This document shows, piece after piece, positions 8,847 to 16,575 of a DNA stretch of 64,000 bases. The notes below the pieces were generated by a model, which was given only the letters and a program-made list of their open reading frames with translations, searched no databases and was not told where the DNA came from. Each line of letters begins with the position of its first letter. Positions within the stretch are counted from its first letter, which is position 1. Both the position numbers and the translations under genes were made by a program. This DNA comes from an uncultured Actinomycetes bacterium. Lineage in GTDB: Bacteria > Actinomycetota > Thermoleophilia > Gaiellales > JALYLC01. The stretch covers positions 11,315-75,314 of the forward strand of contig CAWJTT010000005.1 of NCBI GenBank assembly GCA_963845865.1. Reading direction: 5' to 3'.

Positions 8847-9383
8847 ATGACCCCTCCCAACGCCATCACGCTCGCGCGGATGCTCGTCGTCCCGGTCGTC
8901 GTCTGGTTGATCCTGGCCGATTTTGCGAACCACGAGCGCTGGGCGGCGCTCGCCTACGCACTCGCCGCCTCCACGGACTCGCTGGACGGGTATCTCGCGA
9001 GGAGACGCGGCTGGACGAGCGTCGGCGGCGTCTTCCTCGACCCTCTGGCCGACAAGCTGCTCGTGATGGGCGCGCTGATCGCGCTCGTCGAGCAGGAGCG
9101 TGTGAGTACCTGGGTGGTGCTCGTCATCGTCGCGCGCGAGTTCGCCGTCACCGGGCTGCGGCTCGTCGCGGCGGGCGACTCGCGCATCATCGGCGCGTCG
9201 CAGCTGGGCAAGCTCAAGGCGTTCTCCCAGAACGTGATGGTCGTCTGCCTCCTGCTCGCGCCCCGCGATGCCGGCTGGACCGACATCGTCGTGGCTGTCG
9301 CACTCGTGCTCACCGTGTGGTCGTTCGCCGACTACTTCTGGCGCGGCCGTCACCACTTCCTCGCACGGGAAGTGCAGCCGTGA
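8847..9383 (+). CDS. pgsA: CDP-diacylglycerol--glycerol-3-phosphate 3-phosphatidyltransferase
   Basis: The CDP-alcohol phosphatidyltransferase motif is DSLDGYLARRRGWTSVGGVFLDPLADK. The protein has multiple TM helices and is 178 aa. Confidence 0.9.
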   Translation: MTPPNAITLARMLVVPVVVWLILADFANHERWAALAYALAASTDSLDGYLARRRGWTSVGGVFLDPLADKLLVMGALIALVEQERVSTWVVLVIVAREFAVTGLRLVAAGDSRIIGASQLGKLKAFSQNVMVVCLLLAPRDAGWTDIVVAVALVLTVWSFADYFWRGRHHFLAREVQP

Positions 9384-9988
9384 CCGAGGTCGTCCTGATC
9401 GCCGCCGCCTATATCTCGGGCTCGCTCCCGTTCGGCTACTGGCTCGTGCGCATCTTCCGCGGGGCCGACATCCGCACGCTGGGGTCGAAGAACACGGGCG
9501 CGACGAACGTCTGGCGCAACTTCGGCTGGCGCCTCGGAGTGTCGACGCTGCTGCTGGACGCGGCGAAGGGCGCGTTGCCGACGCTCGCGGCGCTGCACTG
9601 GTCGGGCTCGCTGACCGCGTCGATCGCCGGGATCGTGGCCATGCTCGGTCACGGCTACCCCGTGCTGCTGGGCTTCGGCGGCGGCAAGGGCGTCGCGACG
9701 GGCGCGGGCGCTGCGCTTGCACTTTTCCCCGCGGGCGTCGGGCTGGCGGCGCTGGCATGGGCGATCGCCTTCGTCACCCTGCGCTACGCGTCGGTGGCGT
9801 CGCTCGCGGCAGGCGCGGTGTTCCTGATCGCCGCTGTCGCTCTCGACCAGCCCTGGCCCGTCATCGCGTTCGCGGCGCTCGCTTTCGGATTCGTCGCGCT
9901 GCGTCACCGGGCGAACATCGCGCGCCTCCGGTCCGGGACGGAACCGCGTGCGCGTCTGCGTCGTGCGACATCGGAACCAGGTTCGTGA
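9380..9988 (+). CDS. plsY: glycerol-3-phosphate acyltransferase PlsY
   Basis: GTG 9380 overlaps the pgsA stop (GTGA). Motifs GSKNTGATNVWR and HGYPVLLGFGGGKGVATG are present. It corresponds to the internal part of track ORF 8630..9988. Confidence 0.9.
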   Translation: MTEVVLIAAAYISGSLPFGYWLVRIFRGADIRTLGSKNTGATNVWRNFGWRLGVSTLLLDAAKGALPTLAALHWSGSLTASIAGIVAMLGHGYPVLLGFGGGKGVATGAGAALALFPAGVGLAALAWAIAFVTLRYASVASLAAGAVFLIAAVALDQPWPVIAFAALAFGFVALRHRANIARLRSGTEPRARLRRATSEPGS

Positions 9989-10033
9989 CATTCGCTGCTT
10001 GGCCTGAGGCGAGTTATCGGCGAAACTAGTGGT

Positions 10034-10765
10034 GTGCTCGGTTCGTGGCGCAAGGGTGAAAGCAGCGACGTCCGGCGTGCTCTGAAGCAGGCGCGCCGGA
10101 GACAGTCCTGGATGCGCCGCCTGCCGCACCGCGAGCTCGAGCGCATCGTGGCCACGGTCGAATCCGACCTCGAGCGCTTCCCGACCAAGGACAGCCTGCT
10201 CGAGCACCTGGCGCGGCTGCACTTCGACGCGCGCGCGCGTCAGGAAGCAGTCGGGCTCGAGGAGGCACGGCGCCATCCCGACAGCGCGCGCCGCATCGTC
10301 GAGACCGCGATCTTCGAGCGGCGCTACAACGTCAAGCTGACGGAGGCGCTCGACCTCGGCAGCCCGGCCGGAGACGAGGAGTCCGACCAGGCCAACCTGT
10401 ATGTCGAGGGGGTGCTGCGTCGTCTCGGCATCGTCTACCAGACGCTCGATCGTGGCCGCTGGCTGATCGAGAGCGACGGCTGCGCCGTCTACCTGCAGCA
10501 CTACGCAGGCGAGCGTGTGCTCGACGTGTACGCCCCGATCATGCCGCTCGAGCCCGACGACGATCACGGTGAGCTGTTCCGCGATCTGCTCGGCTCCAAC
10601 GGCGGCTCGATCGCCGGGGGCTTCTACGGCATCTGCTCGTTCAGCGAGTCCGGCTCCCATCTCTGCGCGTGCGGTCGTCTCGCGACCGCGCACCTGGTCG
10701 GGCCGGAGGTCGTCTACGTGCTCAACTCGGTCGTCGCGCTGGCCGAGCGCCTGAACGCCGACTGA
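10034..10765 (+). CDS. hypothetical protein with a YbjN / secretion-chaperone-like C-terminal half
   Basis: It matches the track ORF. The C-terminal half (WLIESDGCAVYLQHYAGERVLDVYAPIMPL...LFRDLLGSNGGSIAGGFYGI) resembles YbjN-type domains. The start is uncertain: GTG 10034, or ATG 10112 with GGAGA 9 nt upstream. Confidence 0.55.
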   Translation: MLGSWRKGESSDVRRALKQARRRQSWMRRLPHRELERIVATVESDLERFPTKDSLLEHLARLHFDARARQEAVGLEEARRHPDSARRIVETAIFERRYNVKLTEALDLGSPAGDEESDQANLYVEGVLRRLGIVYQTLDRGRWLIESDGCAVYLQHYAGERVLDVYAPIMPLEPDDDHGELFRDLLGSNGGSIAGGFYGICSFSESGSHLCACGRLATAHLVGPEVVYVLNSVVALAERLNAD

Positions 10766-10795
10766 GACGGGCCGTACGTTCCGAGACCGCCCCGG

Positions 10796-11776
10796 CTAGC
10801 TCCGCAGCCAGTCGTCGAGTGATGCGTGTGCGCCGCCGTCGCCGCCGGCCAGCTCGCGCCGCAACTCGCCCAGGAGGCCTGTCCGCTCGGCGATCACGTC
10901 GTGGGCGTGGATCGTCTCGAAGTTGCGCTGGTGGGCCTGCACGAAGGCGTCGTCCTCGAGCCCCGTGAACTCGGCGACGACGCCGGCCACCATCTCGCGC
11001 ACCACGTCCTCGACGAAGCGCGGGTTGGCGTGCGCCTGCTCCACCACGTGCAGCTCGTCGGCTCGCTTGAGCAGCGTCAGGATCGGCGCGGACATGGAGC
11101 TCTCGGCGATCGCCTGCAGGCGTTCGGCGGGCACGTGCTCGCGCGTGCCCAGGAGCAGCGTCGCCTCGCCTCGCTGATTGTGCGTGGCGATCGGTACGAC
11201 GCCGAGGATGCGCGCCCGGTCGTCCTCGTCGTAGCCGAGCTCGGCGAGCCGCTCGTCTGCGTGGTCGCGGACCAGGCCCTGCGCGCAGGGGCACGCCGTG
11301 ATGCCGTGCACCCGTACGCCCACCGCGCGGCGCGTATGCGCGTCGCTCGCCGTGGCAACGCCGATCAGCGTCGAGATCTCCTGGCTGGGCAGGCCACTGC
11401 GCGGCGCCGTCCGCGTGGTCGACTGAATCGCCTCGATCCGCACCTGCGAGCGCAGCGCGCCCTGGCGGCCCACCATCTCGCGCGCGATTGCGCTCGCAAG
11501 CTCCTCGATATGCAGCGACTCGCCGATCACGAGGCGCTCGATCGACTCGCCGATCTGCTCGGGGAAGCGCGACATGTGCACGCCCTTGTGCGCCGGGTCG
11601 AGATCGACGGTGCATTCGAGCCTGGCCGCATAGAGCCGCTCCTTGCCGCCGTGCGCGATGCGGATGACGCTCTGGATGCCCGTCACCCCCGCGCGCGTCA
11701 GCGAGAGGTGCACGCGGGGCGTGGACGCCTGTACGTCGTGCCGCTGCACCACGTCTTCGCTGGCGGGCCGGCTCAC
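10796..11776 (-). CDS. folE2: GTP cyclohydrolase FolE2/MptA family (type IB)
   Basis: VDLDPAHKGVHMSRF, GITACPCAQ and PIATHNQRGEATL are present. The start is approximate, with GTG candidates at 11776, 11752 and 11749. The upstream part of track ORF 10796..12241 is shadow. Confidence 0.85.
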   Translation of the reverse strand: MSRPASEDVVQRHDVQASTPRVHLSLTRAGVTGIQSVIRIAHGGKERLYAARLECTVDLDPAHKGVHMSRFPEQIGESIERLVIGESLHIEELASAIAREMVGRQGALRSQVRIEAIQSTTRTAPRSGLPSQEISTLIGVATASDAHTRRAVGVRVHGITACPCAQGLVRDHADERLAELGYDEDDRARILGVVPIATHNQRGEATLLLGTREHVPAERLQAIAESSMSAPILTLLKRADELHVVEQAHANPRFVEDVVREMVAGVVAEFTGLEDDAFVQAHQRNFETIHAHDVIAERTGLLGELRRELAGGDGGAHASLDDWLRS

Positions 11777-11831
11777 GCTCGGGATCGTACGCGGGGACGA
11801 GGCCTGCCCGCATCCACTACCCTGGCCCGGC

Positions 11832-12414
11832 GTGCGCGGAGAACCCAGCGATCTTCCGAACCTCGTGGTCGACGCCTGCCACGACCTCCGCACGCCGCTG
11901 GCCGCGGCGTATGGCTTCGCGCGCACGATCGAGCGGATGGGCGGCGTCACCGGCGACAACGCGATGTATCTCCGGCAGGTGATCGAGGCGACGGAGGAGC
12001 TCGAGCAGCTGATCAAGGCGCTCTCTGCGGTCGCGCACTCCGAGCGCGGCACGCTGCGTCTGCGCCCCGAGCCGGTCGATCTCGGCGAGCTGACGCTGCA
12101 GGCGTCCGAGCTCAGCGGCCACGCACTGGAGCGCGACGTGAAGCGCCGGCATGGTCGAGACGGACGCTGGCCGTGCGGTGACCTCGCTGGCGTGGCTCGC
12201 TGCTCCGATCGCGGAGGCGCAGGGCGGGAAAGACCGCGCATGGCGCATCGTGAGCTCCGACAGCGTCAGCTTCGGCCCGCTCGACGGGAATGACGGCGAG
12301 CTGTTCGAGCGCGATCTGCGCGCCTACGCCGGCAAGCGCGTGCTCGAGCTGGCCGGTGCGACGGTCGAGCTCGGAGGCGAGCGCCTGACCGTGCGCTTCC
12401 CGCCTGCTACTTGA
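11832..12414 (+). pseudogene. sensor-less mini histidine kinase (HisKA H-box plus a degenerate ATPase), interrupted by a +1 frame change near 12144
   Basis: Frame A carries the H-box VVDACHDLRTPLAAAYGFARTIER and turns Arg-rich after ...GHALERDVK. Frame B (track ORF 12151..12414) continues with MVETDAGRAVTSLAWLAAPIA ... GERLTVRFPP. Frame B has a TGA at 12139-12141, so the switch lies within 12142-12150. Confidence 0.55.
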
Positions 12415-13255
12415 GCAGGCGCGAGCGCCGACGGTCGGCGTAGACCTGACCGCCCGTCTGGCACGAGGGGCAGTAGACGACCTGGTGATCGGCGAAGTCG
12501 ACGTTCAGCATGGTCGAGCCACAGCGCGGGCACGACTCGCCGGCGTGGCCATGGATGTCGTACACCTCGGGCGTCTTGCCCTTCGCGATCATGCGCGGGC
12601 CGCGCGGGCGAAAGCGCTCGATGCCGTCGGTCAGCGTGCTCCGGATCGCATCCAGCAGGCGCTCCCGCTCCTCCGGCGAGAGCCGGTCGGCGCTCGCGAA
12701 CGGCGCGAGTCGCGCGGCGTGCAGGATCTCGTTGGCGTACGCGCGCCCGATGCCGAGCACGGCGCGCTGATCGCGGAGCAGCGTGTGCAGCTGCCCACCG
12801 CGGGCGAGCGCGGCGTCGAGCGCGGCCTCGTCGAACGACGGCTCGAGCGGCTCGGGCCCGAGCTGTTCGAACTCCTCTTCGAGCTGGGCTGCAGGCACGA
12901 GCCGGACGCGCACGGACTTGCGAGTCACGCGCTCGCTGACGACGAGCTCTCCGTCGTCGGCGAAGCGCACGACGAGCACCGGCCCCGGCGGTCGCTTCTC
13001 CCCCGGCTCGACGTAGGCGAGCTTGCCCGCGGTCATGAGGTGGACGGTGAGCACCAGATCCTCGTCGGTGGGGAACAGCAGGTGCTTGCCGCGGCGGACG
13101 GCGCCCGTGAGTGGACGCCCGGCGAGCCAGTCGAGGGGCGGTGTCGCGGTCTTGACCACGGCGAAGTGCGCGACCGGCACGTCGCGTACGGGCGCGCGCG
13201 TGACAAGCGGTTCGAGCGCTTCGACGAGCGCCTCGAGCTCGGGCAGCTCGGGCAT
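12407..13255 (-). CDS. formamidopyrimidine-DNA glycosylase family protein (Fpg/Nei)
   Basis: The catalytic N-terminus is MPELPELE and the C-terminal zinc finger is CPRCGSTMLNVDFADHQVVYCPSCQ. ATG 13255 is an internal Met of track ORF 12407..14035. Length is 282 aa. Confidence 0.9.
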   Translation of the reverse strand: MPELPELEALVEALEPLVTRAPVRDVPVAHFAVVKTATPPLDWLAGRPLTGAVRRGKHLLFPTDEDLVLTVHLMTAGKLAYVEPGEKRPPGPVLVVRFADDGELVVSERVTRKSVRVRLVPAAQLEEEFEQLGPEPLEPSFDEAALDAALARGGQLHTLLRDQRAVLGIGRAYANEILHAARLAPFASADRLSPEERERLLDAIRSTLTDGIERFRPRGPRMIAKGKTPEVYDIHGHAGESCPRCGSTMLNVDFADHQVVYCPSCQTGGQVYADRRRSRLLK

Positions 13256-13275
13256 GCCGATATCGTACGTGCGCG

Positions 13276-14253
13276 GTGGAGCCGGGCGTCGTCGAGGAGG
13301 TGCGCGGGGGCGTCGTCGAGGCGCGTCACCGTGTGCACGCGGTCGTCGTGGACGCAGCCGGCGCCGTGCTGGCATCCGCGGGTGATCCCGGATGGCCGTG
13401 CATGTTGCGCAGCGCCGCCAAGCCCCTCCAGGCGCTGCCGGCTGTGCGCGACGGGGTCGTCCAGCGCTACGACCTGGAGGCTCGCCACGTCGCCGTTGCC
13501 TGCGGCTCGCACGAAGGAACGCCCGCCCATGCTGCCGCCGTGGCCGACGTGATCGCCCGTGCCGGGCTGTCGGTGGCCGATCTGCGGCCGCGCGGCGTGC
13601 ACCCCCCGCTGGCCGCCGGCGCGGCGCGGGCGCTCGCGCTCGCCGGCCGGACGCCGACCGTGCTCGAGCACAATTGCTCGGGAAATCACGCGCTGATGCT
13701 GCTGCGCGAGAGCATGCTCGGCCGCGAGCCCGCCGCGTATCTCGATCCGCATGGCGTTGCACAGGCCGACGCCACAGCCGCGGTCGCGGTGGCGTGCGAC
13801 TGCGAGCCCGTGATCGCGGGCGACCGCTGCGGCATGCGCGCGTACTCGGTGCCCCTGCGCAACGCGGCCCTCGGCTACCTGCGACTGGCCGGCCACGGCA
13901 TGCCGGACGCCTATGCCGAGGCCGCGCAGGGGGTCGCGCACGCCATGGGCGAGGCCCCGGAGATGGTCGCCGGGCCGGGGTCGTTCGACTCGCTCGCAAA
14001 CGCGCTGCCGCACGTCGTCGCCAAACGCGGCGCACTCGGCGTCTTCTGTTGCGCCAGCGCGCAGACGGGTCGCGGCGGCGCGCTCAAGGTCGAGGACGGG
14101 TCGTTCGAGGCGATGGAGATGGCCGCGCTGCACCTGCTCGAGGCCGTGGCGGGACCTGTGGGCGAGGCCTTCGACCCGTGGCGCGAGCGCCTGATCGGCG
14201 ACGGAAACGGATCGCCCGTCGGGGTCTGGGCGACGACGTTGTCAGTGCTATAG
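13276..14253 (+). CDS. asparaginase II family protein
   Basis: LRSAAKPLQALP, ACGSHEGTPAH and EHNCSGNHALML resemble the L-asparaginase II family. Length is 325 aa. Confidence 0.8.
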   Translation: MEPGVVEEVRGGVVEARHRVHAVVVDAAGAVLASAGDPGWPCMLRSAAKPLQALPAVRDGVVQRYDLEARHVAVACGSHEGTPAHAAAVADVIARAGLSVADLRPRGVHPPLAAGAARALALAGRTPTVLEHNCSGNHALMLLRESMLGREPAAYLDPHGVAQADATAAVAVACDCEPVIAGDRCGMRAYSVPLRNAALGYLRLAGHGMPDAYAEAAQGVAHAMGEAPEMVAGPGSFDSLANALPHVVAKRGALGVFCCASAQTGRGGALKVEDGSFEAMEMAALHLLEAVAGPVGEAFDPWRERLIGDGNGSPVGVWATTLSVL

Positions 14254-14265
14254 CCCGGGCTAGAA

Positions 14266-14284
14266 ACCCCCCGCTTATGGGGGT
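14266..14284 (+). terminator. short hairpin after the asparaginase gene
   Basis: ACCCCC / GGGGGT stem with a 7-nt loop, 13 nt after the stop. The T tract is weak. Confidence 0.35.
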
Positions 14285-14483
14285 ATTCCCGCTGTTGGTC
14301 GAGAACTGACAGCGCTTTTCGGTAGGTTCCGTTTCGCGCAATTTGCGGTCGCGTTTCCGTCACCTATGCTGCCCGCCACCTCGGACTCGCGGCTGAGTTG
14401 CAGGGGGGACAGCGAGGCGTGTCGCTTGATGCGGTGCAGGTTGGTGCCATACGAACCGGGAGGTGCGGTATGAGGGCCACGGA

Positions 14484-15566
14484 ATGCTGACGGTCGAGTA
14501 CTCGCTGCCCGATATCGAGGAGCTCACGCGCCTCGTTGAGGCCGGCCAGGAAAAGGGCTTCTTGACGTACGACGAGATCGCGACCGTGCTCGAAGAGGTC
14601 GAGATCTCGAAGGAGCAGGTAGAGGATCTGCATTCGTACCTGCTCGACCACGGCATCGACGTGCTCGAGAGCGCCGGCGATCCCGCGCCGGACGCGCCGG
14701 CAGCCGAGAAGGGGCCGGAGCTCGACCTGACCGTTGAGCCGTCGCTCGACTCCCTGCGTCTCTATCTCCGCGCCATCGGCCGCGTCTCGCTGCTCACGGC
14801 CGAGCAGGAAGTGCACCTCGCCAAGCGCATCGAGCGCGGCGACATGCGTGCCAAGCAGGCCATGATCGAGGCCAATCTGCGCCTCGTCGTCTCCATTGCG
14901 AAGGGCTATCTCGGTCGCGGCCTCTCGTTTCTCGACCTCATCCAGGAAGGCTCTCTCGGACTCATCCGCGCAGTCGAGAAGTTCGACTACCGCAAGGGCT
15001 ACAAGTTCTCCACCTACGCGACCTGGTGGATCCGGCAAGCGGTGACCCGCGCGATCGCCGACAAGTCCCGGACCATCCGCATCCCGGTCCACATGGTCGA
15101 GAAGCTCAACAAGGCCGTGCATGTCGAGCGCCAGCTCGTGCAGAAGCTCGGCCGCGAGCCGCTCCCGTCCGAGATCGCGCGCGAGCTCGGCATGAGCGCC
15201 GACGAGGTGCGCGAGATCATGCGCATGGCGCTGGCGCCGATCTCCCTCGAGAAGCCGATCGGCGAAGACGAGGAGTCCGAGCTCGGCGACTTCGTGCGCG
15301 ACGACAGCGAGCCGACGCCCTTCGACACCGCGACGCTCAACCTGCGCCGCGAGGACATCGAGCGGGCACTGGAATCGCTCCCCGAGCGCGAGCGGCGCGT
15401 GATCGAGCTCCGCTACGGCCTCACCGGAGATCGCCCGCGCACGCTCGAAGAGGTCGGGCGCGCGTTCGGCGTGACGCGCGAGCGCATCCGCCAGATCGAG
15501 AACAACACGCTCAAGAAGCTGGAGACCCTGCCGGAGGCCCAGAGCCTGCGCGGCACGATGGGCTGA
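14484..15566 (+). CDS. rpoD: principal (group 1/2) RNA polymerase sigma factor
   Basis: Regions 1.2 to 4 are present: [72 protein letters not shown] and [30 protein letters not shown] 14484 has GAGGG 7 nt upstream. The track start at 14463 is less likely. Confidence 0.9.
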   Translation: MLTVEYSLPDIEELTRLVEAGQEKGFLTYDEIATVLEEVEISKEQVEDLHSYLLDHGIDVLESAGDPAPDAPAAEKGPELDLTVEPSLDSLRLYLRAIGRVSLLTAEQEVHLAKRIERGDMRAKQAMIEANLRLVVSIAKGYLGRGLSFLDLIQEGSLGLIRAVEKFDYRKGYKFSTYATWWIRQAVTRAIADKSRTIRIPVHMVEKLNKAVHVERQLVQKLGREPLPSEIARELGMSADEVREIMRMALAPISLEKPIGEDEESELGDFVRDDSEPTPFDTATLNLRREDIERALESLPERERRVIELRYGLTGDRPRTLEEVGRAFGVTRERIRQIENNTLKKLETLPEAQSLRGTMG

Positions 15567-15618
15567 GCCAGCGCGTTCGATAAGATCCAGCGCGCGGTTG
15601 TCCCAGCAGCCGCGAGCT

Positions 15619-15701
15619 GGGAGTGTGCCCGAGAGGCTAAAGGGGACGGGCTGTAAACCCGTTGGCGTATGCCTACGTTGGTTCGAATCCAACCGCTCCC
15701 A
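15619..15701 (+). tRNA. tRNA-Tyr(GTA): tRNA-Tyr, anticodon GTA, class II with a long variable arm, no encoded CCA
   Basis: The cloverleaf was folded by hand. Acceptor GGGAGTG/CGCTCCC has one G-U pair. Anticodon stem is ACGGG/CCCGT with loop CTGTAAA. The variable arm is GGC-gtat-GCC. The T arm is GTTGG-TTCGAAT-CCAAC. The discriminator is A. Confidence 0.9.
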
Positions 15702-15709
15702 CTGCGAGG

Positions 15710-15733
15710 AAAAGCCCACTACGGCGGGCTTTT
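15710..15733 (+). terminator. intrinsic terminator after tRNA-Tyr
   Basis: AAAAGCCC ... GGGCTTTT hairpin that ends in a T run. Confidence 0.6.
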
Positions 15734-15795
15734 CTGTGCTCTGACCTGCGTAGCGCTCAGACGCGCAGAGGCGCCCGGAGGCGCATGCGAACGCT

Positions 15796-15819
15796 GCAAA
15801 ACGACGCGCAAAACGACGC
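15796..15819. repeat. 12-nt tandem duplication GCAAAACGACGC x2, plus a partial third copy
   Basis: It was read directly from the sequence. It lies in the roughly 300-nt stretch after the tRNA that has no convincing ORF. Confidence 0.9.
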
Positions 15820-16043
15820 GCAACCTCTCGCACCGGGCTCGATCGACGGGCCGATGCCGACGCGCTGGCGCAGCCGTCCTGCTTCGCCATTGGGGCCCTG
15901 CCCCACGGCCGGACGGCGCCCCCGCCGGTGCGTGCGTGCAACGAGGTTGCAGACTGGGGCCCCCCGGGCCGCGTCACTGCTAGGGGCCGGTGGGTCGGGC
16001 TCGTTGGCGATCATGAGGCTTCTCCGTTGGGAACGGCGCACGC

Positions 16044-16075
16044 GAGCGCGAGCGGTGTCCTGACCGCTCGCGCTC
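16044..16075 (-). terminator. perfect 13-bp hairpin downstream of the small secreted-protein gene
   Basis: GAGCGCGAGCGGT - gtcctg - ACCGCTCGCGCTC, 37 nt after the stop at 16112. There is no T tract. Confidence 0.45.
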
Positions 16076-16111
16076 ATTCACGTGATGGCTGGGAGGGGTT
16101 GCGACGCGGAT

Positions 16112-16381
16112 TTACTGCGCCCACGGCCGCGTCTTGGCGGCTTCCCACTTGGCCGCGAGCGCGCTGCCCTCGACGCCGAGGCCCGCAAAGGCGTTCGTGC
16201 CGGACTCGACCTTGCGGAGGGCGCTGCCCTCGTGGCCGAGACCTGCAAAGGCGCTTGACCGCGCGTGAGCGACGATCTGGTGGCGCTTGACCGGCGTGCG
16301 CTGGTCGCCGGCCTGGGAGGCGGGCACGACGAGCGCACTCAGGAGAAGCGCACAGGCGATGGTGTTGACGCGGTGGTTCAT
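16112..16381 (-). CDS. small secreted protein (89 aa) with an internal tandem 13-aa repeat
   Basis: ATG 16381 has GAAGGAG 5 nt upstream. The signal peptide is MNHRVNTIACALLLSALVVPASQA. The mature part contains AFAGLGHEGSAL and AFAGLGVEGSAL separated by 8 residues. The track ORF begins 16 codons earlier. Confidence 0.7.
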   Translation of the reverse strand: MNHRVNTIACALLLSALVVPASQAGDQRTPVKRHQIVAHARSSAFAGLGHEGSALRKVESGTNAFAGLGVEGSALAAKWEAAKTRPWAQ

Positions 16382-16575
16382 CGGGACTCCTTCTCGCCGA
16401 GGGCCGTCCGATACGGCCCAACGAGACAAGCGTCCGAGGTGGCGGTTGGAGATCGGCTAAGGAGCGCTTGCGCGCGGTAGAGAAGCGCTAGAGGACGCGC
16501 GAGCGTCGCGCTGCACTGGCGTGGTAGCTTTGCGCCAGCAGGAGGCGGAGAGACGATGCATGCGGGCGAGCTCGG

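Noticed and set aside
15757-16077. A minus-strand ORF with an internal ATG at 16014 preceded by GGAGAAG, which could be an 85-aa protein (MIANEPDPPAPSS...).
   Set aside because: The product is Arg/Gly/Pro-rich and its tail is generated by the 12-nt DNA tandem repeat (CASFCASFC). It starts downstream of the 13-bp terminator hairpin. GC3 is lower than in real genes. It is kept only as a weak possibility.
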